A DNA stretch of 59,747 nt, the filler included. It is 5 parts of 5 records of this genome, joined end to end, with 100 filler letters (N's around TTAATTAATTAA, not from the genome) between each part and the next. Parts side by side here need not be neighbours in the genome. Positions count along the whole stretch, not along the records: positions 47,633 to 52,788 come from SRR31156797_1637; positions 52,889 to 59,747 come from SRR31156797_1661; 3 more parts are not named here. The stretch is one strand, 5' to 3'. This document shows positions 47,687 to 58,203 of this stretch, piece by piece. The stretch's first letter is position 1. Each line of letters opens with the position of its first letter. The notes beneath the pieces were generated by a model. The model was given only the letters and a program-made list of their open reading frames with translations, ran no database searches and had not been told where the DNA came from. Both the position numbers and the translations under genes were made by a program.

Positions 47687-50600
47687 TGTAAGCTTCATGT
47701 TTAATGTAATTGAGGTAGTTTTCAATGCTTACTACCCGGGTATTGTATTCTTTCATGTATTTCTGGTGCTCAGTAGTATTCGGAAAGATGTCATCTTTTG
47801 AAGGTGGATAGCTTTTCATTCCGTGGAAAGGAAGTGGTCCAACCTGGTTTCCGTAAGCCGTATTTAAATCGCCGTCTTTTACCCAACCAACGCTGTGAAT
47901 AAAGAAATCGCGTTTCCAGCCTTCAGGCAATTCAGGCAGCGCCTGTGCGTCAAACTCAATGCTCATCTCATCACCTGCATTTGAAATAACATATTGGTTG
48001 TCTGGTTTTTGAAGAAGGGAAGATACATCACCATATCTCGTGTAATTCCCTGTCAGGTCCACCCATTTAGCATCGGTGTCAACATCATTATAATCGAACC
48101 AATGCGGACCATAACGCCCTCCTTTACGATACACCCGGGAGAACCCACGGTAGTGGAGATCTGCTACTTCCGGTTTCAGAAGTGTTGTTTTTACCGGGGC
48201 CTTGGAATCTCCTTCAGCAAAAAAGATATAATCCCAATAAATTTCCATATTCGTAACAATCTTTATCCTGTGGTCAGAAGTCAGAAACTTATCAGAAAGA
48301 TCAAGAATTACCGTTTTGTCTTTACCCATTGGGAAGCCAAAGTTTTGCAGTACGGTTTCCCATTGCCCTTTTTTATTGATTACCTGAATTACCGGCCATT
48401 GTACCGGTAAGGCATCGGTTTGCGATAAAGCAAAATTGATACTGGCATCGGTGGGGAAAATCCAGCCTTTCATAAATAGTTTTAGCTTATTGCTTAATCC
48501 TGCTTTCCCCGGATCAAGTGTAAGGCTGTGCATTTCTGTAATTCCCTGGTATTTTTCGGGACTAAATCCCGGTAGGTACTTATCATCCTCCTTATCGATA
48601 AAGGAAAGAACATCGTTTCCACTGTGGTCGATTGCAGATACAGGCGTTATCTTTTCGCTCACCTGGTGAAGTTCGTATCCCGGGAAAGGAGGAGGCGTAA
48701 ATTGTTCTGGCACAAAAACATCAACAGAATCGGGATGGTCTGCAACTGCCAAACGCACCTGATCCATGTAGATGGTTTCCCAAAGTTCAGAAGTGATCTG
48801 TAACGAATATTTTCCGTCTTTTGGTTTTAGAAGCTCACCCGGTATTTTGATATAATCATCCGAAGCATCGGCAAAACCATAGGTCGTATTTTCGCCCATA
48901 ATTCCAAGCGGCATTCCCAATGCACTTCGCCAGGTAATGTCTTTTACAAAAACATATTCGTTGCCATTCCAGGTATAAAGAAACGGACATGATCCTTTTA
49001 AGGTTTGTGCTTCTATCAGGGCCTGGTCGACACCCGGGCGGAAGATGTTTTGTGGAACTCCGTTAGTCCAGGTTATACGAATAATGTCGGCATTTTTACG
49101 GTGACCTAATCCAAAGTGGATATTAGGAGAAGTTACTACCCTGGTTTGGTATAAATCTCCGCTGCGCATTTCAACTTTTGCGCCAATTCCAAAGTGGTTA
49201 TTTTTGGCACTTCCGGTACGTAAGCCTACCAGTTTCATGTTAACGTAGTGATTGATATTGCCACCATCGTTACGCAGGAGATAAACAGCTCCGTTTGTTC
49301 CGGCGAGCAGTACATCTATATCTCCATCATCGTTGTAATCGAATAATGAAATTTGGCGTGCAGATTTTACATTCTCAGGCAACAAGTCGGAAACGTCAGA
49401 AAAGACACCGGGACTGTCATTGTGGAAAAGGGAAACACCTCTTTCTCCATCAATGGTTGATTGACCGGCAAATAGAATATCAAGGTAACCGTCATTGTCG
49501 AAATCAAAGAAACAGGCATCGTGGATAACAACATTGTTTAAGGGCGCAAACATGTTTTGGTTGTTTTTTACCTTGGTAAAAGTGCCATTTTCCTGTTGCT
49601 GATATAACATTACATTACCCGGCTCAGTAGAAGTGATTAACAGATCCAGAAAACCATCATTGTTAAAATCGTTTACATCAACCGCGTTGCCGGAAAACGA
49701 TTGGTCTAAACCACTATCTCCCGTAATATCTTTAAAGAAACCCTGGCGCTGGTTGGAATACAGGTATGTACCGGCTACTCCGCTTACAATTAAATCAATG
49801 TCATCATCGTTGTCGAAATCGCCAAAGGCAGCATCGTTTAAACCGATAGCTGCATCTATGCCTGTTTTTTCAATTTGCTGAGTAAAAGTTCCGTCGGTAT
49901 TATTCCGAAACAGTTTGTTTTCCTGGTCGCCGGCAATGAACAAATCAAGGTCTCCGTCGTGGTCGTAATCAAAAAATAAGGTTTTATTTCCAGCCGTTTT
50001 ATGATCAATTTCAGACTTTCTGGTAACATCTTTAAATTTTCCCTGATCGGCATTTCGATACAAAACATCACTCTCTTCTTTTAAAATATAAAGATCAAGA
50101 AAGCCATCGTTGTCGTAGTCGGCAAACCGGGCAGAAACCTCATTTCCTCTATGATTTATACCTACGTCTGAAGAAACATCAGTAAATCTTCCCATTTCGT
50201 TGTTGTACAGGAAATGTTTGAACTTTGATGACTCAGCATCATAAGAACCCACATAAATATCAATATCTCCATCTCCATCATAATCGGCAGATTCAACATG
50301 GCTTAATACCCCGGGTGCGTTCGTGCCTGAAATAAATGATTCAATTCCAGCTGATTCACTTACTTCGGTAAACTGAATGACATCAAGGTAGGATTTCTGT
50401 TCCACATCCTGAATGATCAATTCTTTGTTGTATTCAATTAAAGGGAAACCAATCAGGTTGCCACCCGGACCTTTTAAGTCCATGATTCCAGCCTGGTAGG
50501 GAGAGGTTACCTTCATGTAATTGTGAAAGATGGTAAATTGAATCAATGCATTTTCCAAATCTGCTTTTCTCAGTAAATTCAGCGTATTGTGGTAATATTC

Positions 50601-51239
50601 GGTTGCCTCTTTAGGAAATTCAGGAAACTGTTTGGCAATAATCTCTAGTTGTTCAAGAGCCTTGTCGGTTTCTTTATCTTTAATGTTAACCTCGATCAAA
50701 CTTAATTGTGGGACCAGGTTGGCCGGTGCATTTTCTACCAGTTTTTGTAGCGATATTTTTCGCTGTTGTTGTGAGTTGGCGTCGTTTGCTGTTGAATAAA
50801 TTTCAGACAGATTATAAAGAATTTTAATGTGTGTTGGTGCAAATTCAAGAGCATCGTTTAAAACGGAAATTGCTTTTTCCTGCTGGCTATCCATTTGGTA
50901 CACCGTTGCTAGGATCAAGCGGATATCGGCATCTTCTGAATCAATTTCGATGGCTTCCAGGAGTTCTTTCTCGGCTTCGGAGTATTTCCCCATTCGCAGG
51001 TACGTTAATCCAAGGTTTGCATAACCCAGTTTATCCTCCGGAGCCATTTTAATGTATTTTAAAAACTCAACTTTTGCTTCATCAAGTTTAAATTCTTCAA
51101 GATAGGCCAATCCCATTGTTTGGGCGGTCATTAAGTCTATTGCATCCTGTTTACTGTCTTTTGGCGATTGTTTACATGCGCTAAAAAACAAGACTAAAAT
51201 AAGAACGGCTGAAAGTAAAAAACGATTATTCCAATGCAT
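47676..51239 (-). CDS. TPR + FG-GAP repeat + ASPIC/UnbV (CRTAC1-like) lipoprotein
   Basis: Lipobox FSAC, N-terminal TPRs, seven DxDxDGxxD-type repeats, N..GIGAKVE...HFGLG...I.WTNG (ASPIC/UnbV) and a C-terminal SCPFLYTWNG domain. Confidence 0.88.
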   Translation of the reverse strand: MHWNNRFLLSAVLILVLFFSACKQSPKDSKQDAIDLMTAQTMGLAYLEEFKLDEAKVEFLKYIKMAPEDKLGYANLGLTYLRMGKYSEAEKELLEAIEIDSEDADIRLILATVYQMDSQQEKAISVLNDALEFAPTHIKILYNLSEIYSTANDANSQQQRKISLQKLVENAPANLVPQLSLIEVNIKDKETDKALEQLEIIAKQFPEFPKEATEYYHNTLNLLRKADLENALIQFTIFHNYMKVTSPYQAGIMDLKGPGGNLIGFPLIEYNKELIIQDVEQKSYLDVIQFTEVSESAGIESFISGTNAPGVLSHVESADYDGDGDIDIYVGSYDAESSKFKHFLYNNEMGRFTDVSSDVGINHRGNEVSARFADYDNDGFLDLYILKEESDVLYRNADQGKFKDVTRKSEIDHKTAGNKTLFFDYDHDGDLDLFIAGDQENKLFRNNTDGTFTQQIEKTGIDAAIGLNDAAFGDFDNDDDIDLIVSGVAGTYLYSNQRQGFFKDITGDSGLDQSFSGNAVDVNDFNNDGFLDLLITSTEPGNVMLYQQQENGTFTKVKNNQNMFAPLNNVVIHDACFFDFDNDGYLDILFAGQSTIDGERGVSLFHNDSPGVFSDVSDLLPENVKSARQISLFDYNDDGDIDVLLAGTNGAVYLLRNDGGNINHYVNMKLVGLRTGSAKNNHFGIGAKVEMRSGDLYQTRVVTSPNIHFGLGHRKNADIIRITWTNGVPQNIFRPGVDQALIEAQTLKGSCPFLYTWNGNEYVFVKDITWRSALGMPLGIMGENTTYGFADASDDYIKIPGELLKPKDGKYSLQITSELWETIYMDQVRLAVADHPDSVDVFVPEQFTPPPFPGYELHQVSEKITPVSAIDHSGNDVLSFIDKEDDKYLPGFSPEKYQGITEMHSLTLDPGKAGLSNKLKLFMKGWIFPTDASINFALSQTDALPVQWPVIQVINKKGQWETVLQNFGFPMGKDKTVILDLSDKFLTSDHRIKIVTNMEIYWDYIFFAEGDSKAPVKTTLLKPEVADLHYRGFSRVYRKGGRYGPHWFDYNDVDTDAKWVDLTGNYTRYGDVSSLLQKPDNQYVISNAGDEMSIEFDAQALPELPEGWKRDFFIHSVGWVKDGDLNTAYGNQVGPLPFHGMKSYPPSKDDIFPNTTEHQKYMKEYNTRVVSIENYLNYIKHEAYNDK

Positions 51240-51395
51240 AATTTGTAATTTCAGTTGTAGTTGAGGCGATTATCGCCTTCGTGAATCATAGTTAGTAGTT
51301 CGTTCGTGGTTTATTTTCATTTGTTATTCTGCAGATTCAAAATACCACTGTAATTCCTGCATTCAAAATTAAAAGAAAATCACGATTTAGAGGTA

Positions 51396-52520
51396 TTAAT
51401 TGCCTACGACCTGAGGCATTCCGTTTTTAATTTTTATGATTGTTGGCAGTTTGTTACGATTTCCAATCTCATTAAACCCAATTTCCCCGGTAATTCCGCT
51501 GAGTTCTGTTTCCCGAATGGTTTGTTTGAAAGATTCTATTTCAAAATTACAATTTCTAAGTGTTTTTATGATGAGGTTAACTGCATCGAAGGTATAAGCT
51601 GCCTGTGAACTTGGGGTGAAACCAAATTCCTTTTCGAATGAACTTGTAAAAAGCCTCCCTTTTTTATTGATGAGGTATCCCGGATTGGTTAGGTAAACCT
51701 GCTCAAAGTCATTTAAATTAAATGTGCTACCATTGTTTTCGCCCAATAAGGATAAAGATCCGAATATTTTAATGGTACGATTCTCTTCTTGTATTGATTT
51801 TATAATTTCAACAGAAATGTCAGGAGTAGTAAAGATTACAACTGCCTCGGCATTTTTACTTTTTATGCTTTTAATGACTGTGTTTAAATCCGGTTTTGTT
51901 TTGTTGTAACTTAAGTAAATCGGTTGGTCCTTATTTAAACTTTCCCATTCCTTTAAAAAGAATTTACCCAGCATTTGCGAATCGTAATCATCATCTGCTA
52001 GCACAATTACATTTTCTGTTTTTTGTTTTTTGAGAATTTCATCAACCAGAACTTTTGCTTCTTGTGCAGAAGTAGGCGCAATACCAATATACCATGGAAC
52101 ATAAGCTTGTGAAAGGGAAGGGTCTCCGGCCCATGCTGAAATATAAGGTATCTGAGTTTTAGCGGCTACCTGTTCAGCCAAATGTGCATTTCTACCATCG
52201 TGGCTGCCAATTATTGCCCAGGCCTTATCCTGAAATACCAGGTCGACGGTTTGTTTGGCTCCGGTTCCCCATGTGCCTTCCATCGATCGGGTAACCAAAC
52301 GGTACGAAACCTTGCTTGAATCTCCGGTATTATTGGCTTCATCAATTGCCAATTCCGCAGCGAGTTTTGCTTCACGGAAATCAGGGGTAGAAATTAGAAG
52401 ACCAATGGTAATTATTTCTTTTGAGCAAGCTTCATTTGTTTGTCCCGAAATTGCTTGAGCCCGGTAAAAAAACACAGCAGGTAAAAGCCACAACCATAGC
52501 ACTGATCTTAAAAGATTCAT
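51396..52520 (-). CDS. Periplasmic binding protein type 1 (branched-chain amino acid binding-like)
   Basis: ITIGLL, AELAIDEAN, WAIIGS...AHLAEQV..K, AAYTFDAV..I, GITGEI.F; start probably MNLLRS at 52520. Confidence 0.82.
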   Translation of the reverse strand: MNLLRSVLWLWLLPAVFFYRAQAISGQTNEACSKEIITIGLLISTPDFREAKLAAELAIDEANNTGDSSKVSYRLVTRSMEGTWGTGAKQTVDLVFQDKAWAIIGSHDGRNAHLAEQVAAKTQIPYISAWAGDPSLSQAYVPWYIGIAPTSAQEAKVLVDEILKKQKTENVIVLADDDYDSQMLGKFFLKEWESLNKDQPIYLSYNKTKPDLNTVIKSIKSKNAEAVVIFTTPDISVEIIKSIQEENRTIKIFGSLSLLGENNGSTFNLNDFEQVYLTNPGYLINKKGRLFTSSFEKEFGFTPSSQAAYTFDAVNLIIKTLRNCNFEIESFKQTIRETELSGITGEIGFNEIGNRNKLPTIIKIKNGMPQVVGN

Positions 52521-52542
52521 AAACCTTTTTGTTTTTATTGGA

Positions 52543-52788
52543 CTAATAACCTGGCATTTTGGAAGAATGGCCACGTTCTTTCATTTGCGCTGCCGGGAAG
52601 AAATCAAAGTCTCCATTTCTTATTTCTGCCATAAATATATCTCCAATGTCATTCCACGATGCATCAAGAATAATTTCTCCGGTTACTCCTTCATAGCCCT
52701 GAAAAGTTTCCAGGTCAGTAAGTATATCGCGAATAAGCACACGGTTTAAGCCCTTTTGTTCAATGGCTTTAATAATCAGGTTCATCCC
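52543..52788 (-). CDS. C-terminal fragment of a second periplasmic binding protein
   Basis: GMNLIIKAIEQKGLNR..IRD.L...GVTGEIILD, similar to the end of the downstream paralog; truncated at the contig edge. Confidence 0.7.
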   Translation of the reverse strand, partial: GMNLIIKAIEQKGLNRVLIRDILTDLETFQGYEGVTGEIILDASWNDIGDIFMAEIRNGDFDFFPAAQMKERGHSSKMPGY

Positions 52789-52888
52789 NNNNNNNNNNNN
52801 NNNNNNNNNNNNNNNNNNNNNNNNNNNNNNNNTTAATTAATTAANNNNNNNNNNNNNNNNNNNNNNNNNNNNNNNNNNNNNNNNNNNN
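52789..52888. other. Artificial contig linker
   Basis: N-run, TTAATTAATTAA, N-run; strong GC jump across it. Confidence 0.98.
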
Positions 52889-53517
52889 GGCTCGCCGATC
52901 AGCACCGGGTTGTTCTTGGTGCGCCGGGCCAGAACCTGGATCGTCCGGCGGATTTCCTCGTCGCGGCCGACGACCGGATCGAGCTTGCCGTCCTCGGCCT
53001 CTTCCGTCAGGTCACGGGCATATTTTTTCAGCGCGTCATAGCCGTTCTCGGCGCCGGCCGACGTCGCCGTCCGTCCTTTGCGCAAATCCTCGATGGCGCG
53101 GTTCAGGTTCTGCGGCGTCACTTCGGCGTCAGCCAACGCCTTCGCCGCCGGTGTGCCCACCGCCATGGAAATGGCCAGCAGAAGCCGCTCGACGGTGACG
53201 AAACTGTCGCCCGCCTTCTTGGCCAGGGTATCGGCCTGTTCGAAAAGCTGCGCCGTCTCGCGGGCCAGATAGACCTGACCGGCGCCCGGCCCTTCGACCT
53301 TCGGCATGCGGGAAAGCTCGGCTTCGACATTGCCCGCCGCCAGCTTGGCGTCGCCGCCGGCCGACGCGATCAGGCGGGCGCACATCCCCTCGCGGTCATC
53401 CAAAAGGACTTTCAGGATATGCAGTGGCGTGAATTGCTGATGGCCCTCGCGCATGGCCAAGCCCTGGGCAGACTGCACGAAACCGCGCAGGCGTTCGGTA
53501 TAATTTTCGAAATCCAT
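52889..53517 (-). CDS. clpB: ATP-dependent chaperone ClpB, N-terminal part
   Basis: Clp N domains, [43 protein letters not shown]; truncated at the contig edge. Confidence 0.96.
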
Positions 53518-53608
53518 GTTCCGACCTCTTTCGTAATGACGAGGTTCGCCCGGTCCCTATCATAGGCAACCCGCAAACCCCTCTAAAGGCTGGGTTATTG
53601 TTAATTGA

Positions 53609-53638
53609 AGATATGGACGGGAAAAACGGGGGTGCAAG
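53609..53638 (-). promoter_or_regulatory. RpoH (sigma-32)-type heat-shock promoter of clpB
   Basis: The minus strand reads CTTG-N18-CCATATCT, matching the alphaproteobacterial RpoH consensus, ~90 nt upstream of clpB. Confidence 0.65.
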
Positions 53639-53716
53639 GCAGGGGACGACTACCCGCTTGCATTTTCATCTCTTGATCGCCTAATCGAAAACGGGCCTAA
53701 CGTCAGGATAGCGGAC

Positions 53717-54337
53717 ATGCCGAACCAAACCTTCGATGCCGAAGCCACCCACGCGCGGTTCATCGAGATCGCCGAGGAGGTCTCGCCGAAATTGGCCGAA
53801 GACATGTCTTTCGTCGGCCCGGTCGAATTCCCCGACCGCCGGCACATGGGGCTGTGCCATTTCCTGGCCCGCTCCGTCGTCAATCAGATGATCTCGACCC
53901 ACGCGGCGGCCAGCATCTGGGGCCGCTTCGAAAGCCTGATCGCCGAGAACGGCGGCGCGTTGCAAAGTTATCTCGCGCCCGCCCATGCCGAAGACCTTCG
54001 CGGCTGCGGCATTTCGGGACCCAAGGTCAAAACCCTGATCGCCATCGGCGAGGCGCTGAACGACGGCTTGAGCGAAAAAATGCTCGACAGCCTTTCCATG
54101 GCCGAACGCAACAAAAGACTGATCGCCATCTGGGGCATCGGCCAATGGACCTGCGACATGGCGTCGATCTTTTATTTCGGCGAACCCGACATCTGGCCGG
54201 ACGGCGACGTCGCCGTCATCAACACCTTCAAACGTTACCTCGGGCGAAAGAAGGCGAATACGCAGGCTCGTCGCTTCGCGCCCCAACGATCCGTCCTGGC
54301 CCTTTACATATGGCAGATCGTCCACCGCATGCCGTAG
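53717..54337 (+). CDS. DNA-3-methyladenine glycosylase II (AlkA, HhH-GPD) family
   Basis: RSVVNQMIS..AA..IW.R, LRGCGISGPK, HhH GIGQWT, DIWPDGD. Confidence 0.85.
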   Translation: MPNQTFDAEATHARFIEIAEEVSPKLAEDMSFVGPVEFPDRRHMGLCHFLARSVVNQMISTHAAASIWGRFESLIAENGGALQSYLAPAHAEDLRGCGISGPKVKTLIAIGEALNDGLSEKMLDSLSMAERNKRLIAIWGIGQWTCDMASIFYFGEPDIWPDGDVAVINTFKRYLGRKKANTQARRFAPQRSVLALYIWQIVHRMP

Positions 54338-54426
54338 CGGCAGCGCGACAACCGGCGCCGCCTTCCCTAACCCCTTAGGTTTGGTTAGATTGGCGATTAC
54401 TTCTACGGGAGTTTCAGGGGCGCTCA

Positions 54427-55140
54427 ATGAACGATGAAACGCAAGCCGGCATTCAGACGCGCATTCAGCAAAATCTGGAAAAATGGGACCGGCTGTTTTC
54501 GGATCGTCCCTGGGGGCGCTACCCGCCCGAAGAACTGGTTCGTTTCGTAGCACGCAACTTTGGCGCCGTCCCTACCCGCGAAAATGTCCGTATCCTCGAA
54601 CTGGGTAGCGGTCCGGGCGCCAATATCTGGTATCTCGCGCGGGAGGGATATTCGGTGGCCGGGATCGACGGCTCGGCAACCGCCATCAAACTGACCGAAG
54701 AGCGCCTGAAGGATGAAGACCTTCCCATCGGTGCGGCAAAGGTTGACCTGACTGTCGGCAACTATGCGCAGCTGCCATGGCCGGACGGCCATTTCGACGC
54801 CGTCATCGACGTCGCCTCGCTTTGTCAGAACTATATGTCGACGATCCGCAAGGCCGTTGACGAATCGTACCGCACCCTCCGCCCGGGCGGGCTGTTGTTC
54901 AGCAAGTCGGTCGGGATCAAAACGACCGGATCGTCATCGGGAGAAAGGCTTGAAGAAAACACCACCGCCGACCCGCTCGACGGCCCGTTCGCGGGACTTG
55001 GGATCACACATTTCTTTTCGGAAGACGAGGTTTATGACCTATTCAGGGGGTTCTCCGATATTACGCTCGACTGGCTGCTTCGAAGCGACAACGGAATGAG
55101 AAGCGAGCTTTTCGAATGGTTGATCGTCGCCAGGAAATAG
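54427..55140 (+). CDS. Class I SAM-dependent methyltransferase
   Basis: ILELGSGPG motif I, GIDGS, FDAVID, LRPGG. Confidence 0.9.
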   Translation: MNDETQAGIQTRIQQNLEKWDRLFSDRPWGRYPPEELVRFVARNFGAVPTRENVRILELGSGPGANIWYLAREGYSVAGIDGSATAIKLTEERLKDEDLPIGAAKVDLTVGNYAQLPWPDGHFDAVIDVASLCQNYMSTIRKAVDESYRTLRPGGLLFSKSVGIKTTGSSSGERLEENTTADPLDGPFAGLGITHFFSEDEVYDLFRGFSDITLDWLLRSDNGMRSELFEWLIVARK

Positions 55141-55147
55141 TGGTCAG

Positions 55148-56212
55148 ATGAAGTTTACGGTCATCCCAGCCGACAATGCCAAATCGTGGGCGCAAGCCGG
55201 CGCGGCGACGGGAGGGACCGACGTCTATTTCGACCCGGCGTATCATAAGGCCTACGAGTTCGGAGACGCCCAGGCATTCGCCTTCGTTGCCGAGGCGCAG
55301 GGTGAAACCCTGTTTTTTCCTTTTTTTCTGAACCCGATTACGACCATCGGCGGCATTCGCATTTCGACCCAACTATCCGACATCGAAACCGTGTACGGAT
55401 ATTCGGGACCGATGGCAACGACCGCCGACACAGGCTTTCTCGATATGGCCTGGCAGGGTTTCGTCGATTGGGCGCACGAAGCAAACGCAATATCGGCCTT
55501 CATCCGTTTCAATCCGTTCCAGGCCAACGAGCGCTTTGCCCACCAATCGACAAAAATCAAAGCGGAGCAACAAACCGTAGTGATCAAGCTTGGCGGTTCG
55601 CAGGCCGACCTGATCGACAGCTATTCGTCAAATCAACGAAACCGGCTGCGGAAATCGGAAGCCCATTCCCTGACCTGCCGCGAAACGACTTCCTTGCAGG
55701 GAATAGAAGACTTCATGGCGATCTATGAAGATACCATGCTCTCGGTCTCGGCATCGAAGTACTATTTCTTTCCAAAAAGCTATTATGATGCGCTCATCGG
55801 AGACATTGGAAATACGGTTCGTATTTATACGGTTTTTGCCCAGGACATTCCCATCGCCACGGCCCTGTTCTTCTTTTCGAAACCGTACATCCACTATCAT
55901 TTGGGTGGCAGCCTTCGCGACCATTGGCACAAAGCGCCCAATAATCTGCTGTTTCATACGGTTGCTTTAAAGGGATTGCAGGAAGGGTATTCGGCCCTTC
56001 ATCTGGGGGGCGGCCGCACGGCCAATTCCGATGATCTGCTGTTGCGATTCAAGAAGCGGTTTTCGAAACACACACTTCAGTTCCAAACCGGCCGCCTGGT
56101 GATCGATCTCGATGCCTATCGGGATTTGTGCCAGCTATGGGACGATCAGGCGATGGGGCACAATGGCACCGGCCATTTCCAAAGATACCGTCTGCCGGTT
56201 CACTCGACCTGA
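55148..56212 (+). CDS. FemAB-like / GNAT family acyl- or aminoacyl-transferase
   Basis: TVYGYSGP, FIRFNP, YHLGGS, LHLGGG, L..FKKRF. Confidence 0.8.
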   Translation: MKFTVIPADNAKSWAQAGAATGGTDVYFDPAYHKAYEFGDAQAFAFVAEAQGETLFFPFFLNPITTIGGIRISTQLSDIETVYGYSGPMATTADTGFLDMAWQGFVDWAHEANAISAFIRFNPFQANERFAHQSTKIKAEQQTVVIKLGGSQADLIDSYSSNQRNRLRKSEAHSLTCRETTSLQGIEDFMAIYEDTMLSVSASKYYFFPKSYYDALIGDIGNTVRIYTVFAQDIPIATALFFFSKPYIHYHLGGSLRDHWHKAPNNLLFHTVALKGLQEGYSALHLGGGRTANSDDLLLRFKKRFSKHTLQFQTGRLVIDLDAYRDLCQLWDDQAMGHNGTGHFQRYRLPVHST

Positions 56213-56259
56213 CGCCTCATAAAATCCACTTCAACCGCCCCGCAAAGCCGCCTGGAACT

Positions 56260-58203
56260 CTAGGCCACGGGACTCCCTTCCGTAAGTGTACAAATCTCCT
56301 CGGCGATCGTCTCGATCATTTCTTTTGTGGTCTGGATCATAATGGCGGCATAGGCGTTCATGAACTCGGCACGCTCGCCGGCGTCCAAGATCCGGTTGCC
56401 GTAAAATGCTCCGAGCCGGATTTGTATGGCAATCGAATACCAAACCAGCGGCAGGACGCCACCTGATTGCCTGTCGAATTGACTATGCAAGGCCTGTGCA
56501 AGGTCCCAAATCCCACCCGTAGTGAAATCGAACCCTCCCAGGATCCCTTCGAAGGTCTCCATGAATGTTCGACAGTGCTCCGATGACGGGCTATCCGGCC
56601 ATTCGCGGCGAGCAAGCTCAGGCGTCATCGTCCGCCAGCACTCGGACCGTTCCTCAAAAATGCTGCCGGTCTGGCGTTGTAGCTGCGGCAACTCGATGCT
56701 GCGGGCTCGGACCGGCTGCGCGAAGTCGATGGCGGCTCCGTCACTGCAGTTGGTGACGTTACAGCGGTAATGGGCGATCGCCGGAAGAAAGTGCTGGCGC
56801 GCGAAATCCAGCAACGGCGTGGACCTAAATGTCCCCCCGAAATTTGCTGGCAGCTCAATATCGTAGTCGGTCTCGACCGGCAGGTGTTCCAACCCCTCTT
56901 CGAAATAGATGGCGTCGGCGGCATGATGTCGCTCCGGCTCGGCCGCCCCGCAATCCATTCCAAAGAAATAGAAATTCCGGAACCCCATTGTCGCCATCGC
57001 CGAGAATGCCGCGTTTCCAACAATGGGCGCTCCGTATTCCACCTCGTCGGCGCCGAAATTGGCCAGCAGGGACGAACTGAGGGAAGGGCGGACAAACAGG
57101 ATCGGGTCTTCGAAATAGTGCAAGCTGTCGGGCCGCAGGTTGGTCGCCCCCAGCAGTTGGATGCCCGTCAGATCGTACTGCCGGCTCCATTTCTCGAATA
57201 CTTCGGTCACGATCTCCAGGTTTTCGGTCTCGACGAAAACGTCCGGCTTGATGCCGTTGCGCAACAAAACACTGAGGGCGCTGCCACAGGCGACGTAGAT
57301 GGCGCGATCGCGCAAACGGCGCAAATCATCCATATCCTCGTCCAGCGACGGCCCCGAGCCGATCAGGAAAACGGGTGTCGGTTCGCTATCGGATGATTGA
57401 CGGAAGAGAAGCCTGAAATTGTTGTTCTGGAAATTCCCCAACGCGTTTTTCATCATCGCGATTTCGTCTTGAAATTGCCCTGAGCTTCTCAGAAACACCT
57501 TGATCCGCTCATTGATCATATATCGAAGCAGGACCGTTTCCGGGGTCGCGTAGTGAACCAGCGCGTAAGAACCCTCAACAAACCAGATATTCGGTTCCAC
57601 CGGCATCAGATTATAGAAGTCTTCGATAAATCGATCTTTGTCATCGGCAATGAGGAACGATATCCGGATGTTCTTGCTTTCGCAGACCGCCAGGATGTCC
57701 GCCCACGGTTGCGCCCGCATGGCATGGCGGGCAATTTCGGCTTCCGGTTCGACCAGAACGATATGCCGAACCGGAAAACGCTCCAAAATCAGCGGCACAA
57801 CGGCTCCGAGCCCAACTCCGAAGACGAAAAAGAAACCGGAATCGACCACAGGACCCGGAGCGCCCCTAAGGTCCGGCCTTGCCGTGAAATAGCGCCCGAT
57901 GCCTTGCAGTGCCCGCAGCAAGGGGCCGCTAGGCAGAAAATTCATGATATCGGGAAACAGGATTCGGTCGGGGGCGGCACAATAGGTCTCGATTTGTTGC
58001 CGTGCCCAATCCTTCGAATCAGCCGGGTACAGACTGTCGTCGTCAACCCGGATGTTAACCGGTTCTCCATCGCGCACGATCACCGGATAGCGGTGTTCCC
58101 TGACCGCCGCAATCTTGGAATAGGCCTTCGGAAATGCGCTTCGGAAGACGTCTTCATGGCGTTGAACGTCATTATCCCGCACGGTGCTATCGTCGGCAGT
58201 CAT
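56260..58203 (-). CDS. Maf/DUF115 (MptE-like) motility-associated glycosyltransferase family protein
   Basis: FVFGVGLG, VLVEPE, FLIGSGPSLD, GIKPD, P.VGN, YFFGMDCG, NCSDGA.I; start probably MTADDS at 58203. Confidence 0.85.
   Translation of the reverse strand: MTADDSTVRDNDVQRHEDVFRSAFPKAYSKIAAVREHRYPVIVRDGEPVNIRVDDDSLYPADSKDWARQQIETYCAAPDRILFPDIMNFLPSGPLLRALQGIGRYFTARPDLRGAPGPVVDSGFFFVFGVGLGAVVPLILERFPVRHIVLVEPEAEIARHAMRAQPWADILAVCESKNIRISFLIADDKDRFIEDFYNLMPVEPNIWFVEGSYALVHYATPETVLLRYMINERIKVFLRSSGQFQDEIAMMKNALGNFQNNNFRLLFRQSSDSEPTPVFLIGSGPSLDEDMDDLRRLRDRAIYVACGSALSVLLRNGIKPDVFVETENLEIVTEVFEKWSRQYDLTGIQLLGATNLRPDSLHYFEDPILFVRPSLSSSLLANFGADEVEYGAPIVGNAAFSAMATMGFRNFYFFGMDCGAAEPERHHAADAIYFEEGLEHLPVETDYDIELPANFGGTFRSTPLLDFARQHFLPAIAHYRCNVTNCSDGAAIDFAQPVRARSIELPQLQRQTGSIFEERSECWRTMTPELARREWPDSPSSEHCRTFMETFEGILGGFDFTTGGIWDLAQALHSQFDRQSGGVLPLVWYSIAIQIRLGAFYGNRILDAGERAEFMNAYAAIMIQTTKEMIETIAEEICTLTEGSPVA

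Noticed and set aside
19568-52888. Four identical TTAATTAATTAA motifs inside N-runs, and abrupt GC shifts across them
   Set aside because: Artificial contig joiners. Adjacency across them has no biological meaning, so the shifts are not horizontal-transfer boundaries and ORFs running into X residues are artefacts.
53717-54337. AlkA-like glycosylase linked to the island glycosylases
   Set aside because: It is on a different contig from a different organism and is an ordinary repair gene.
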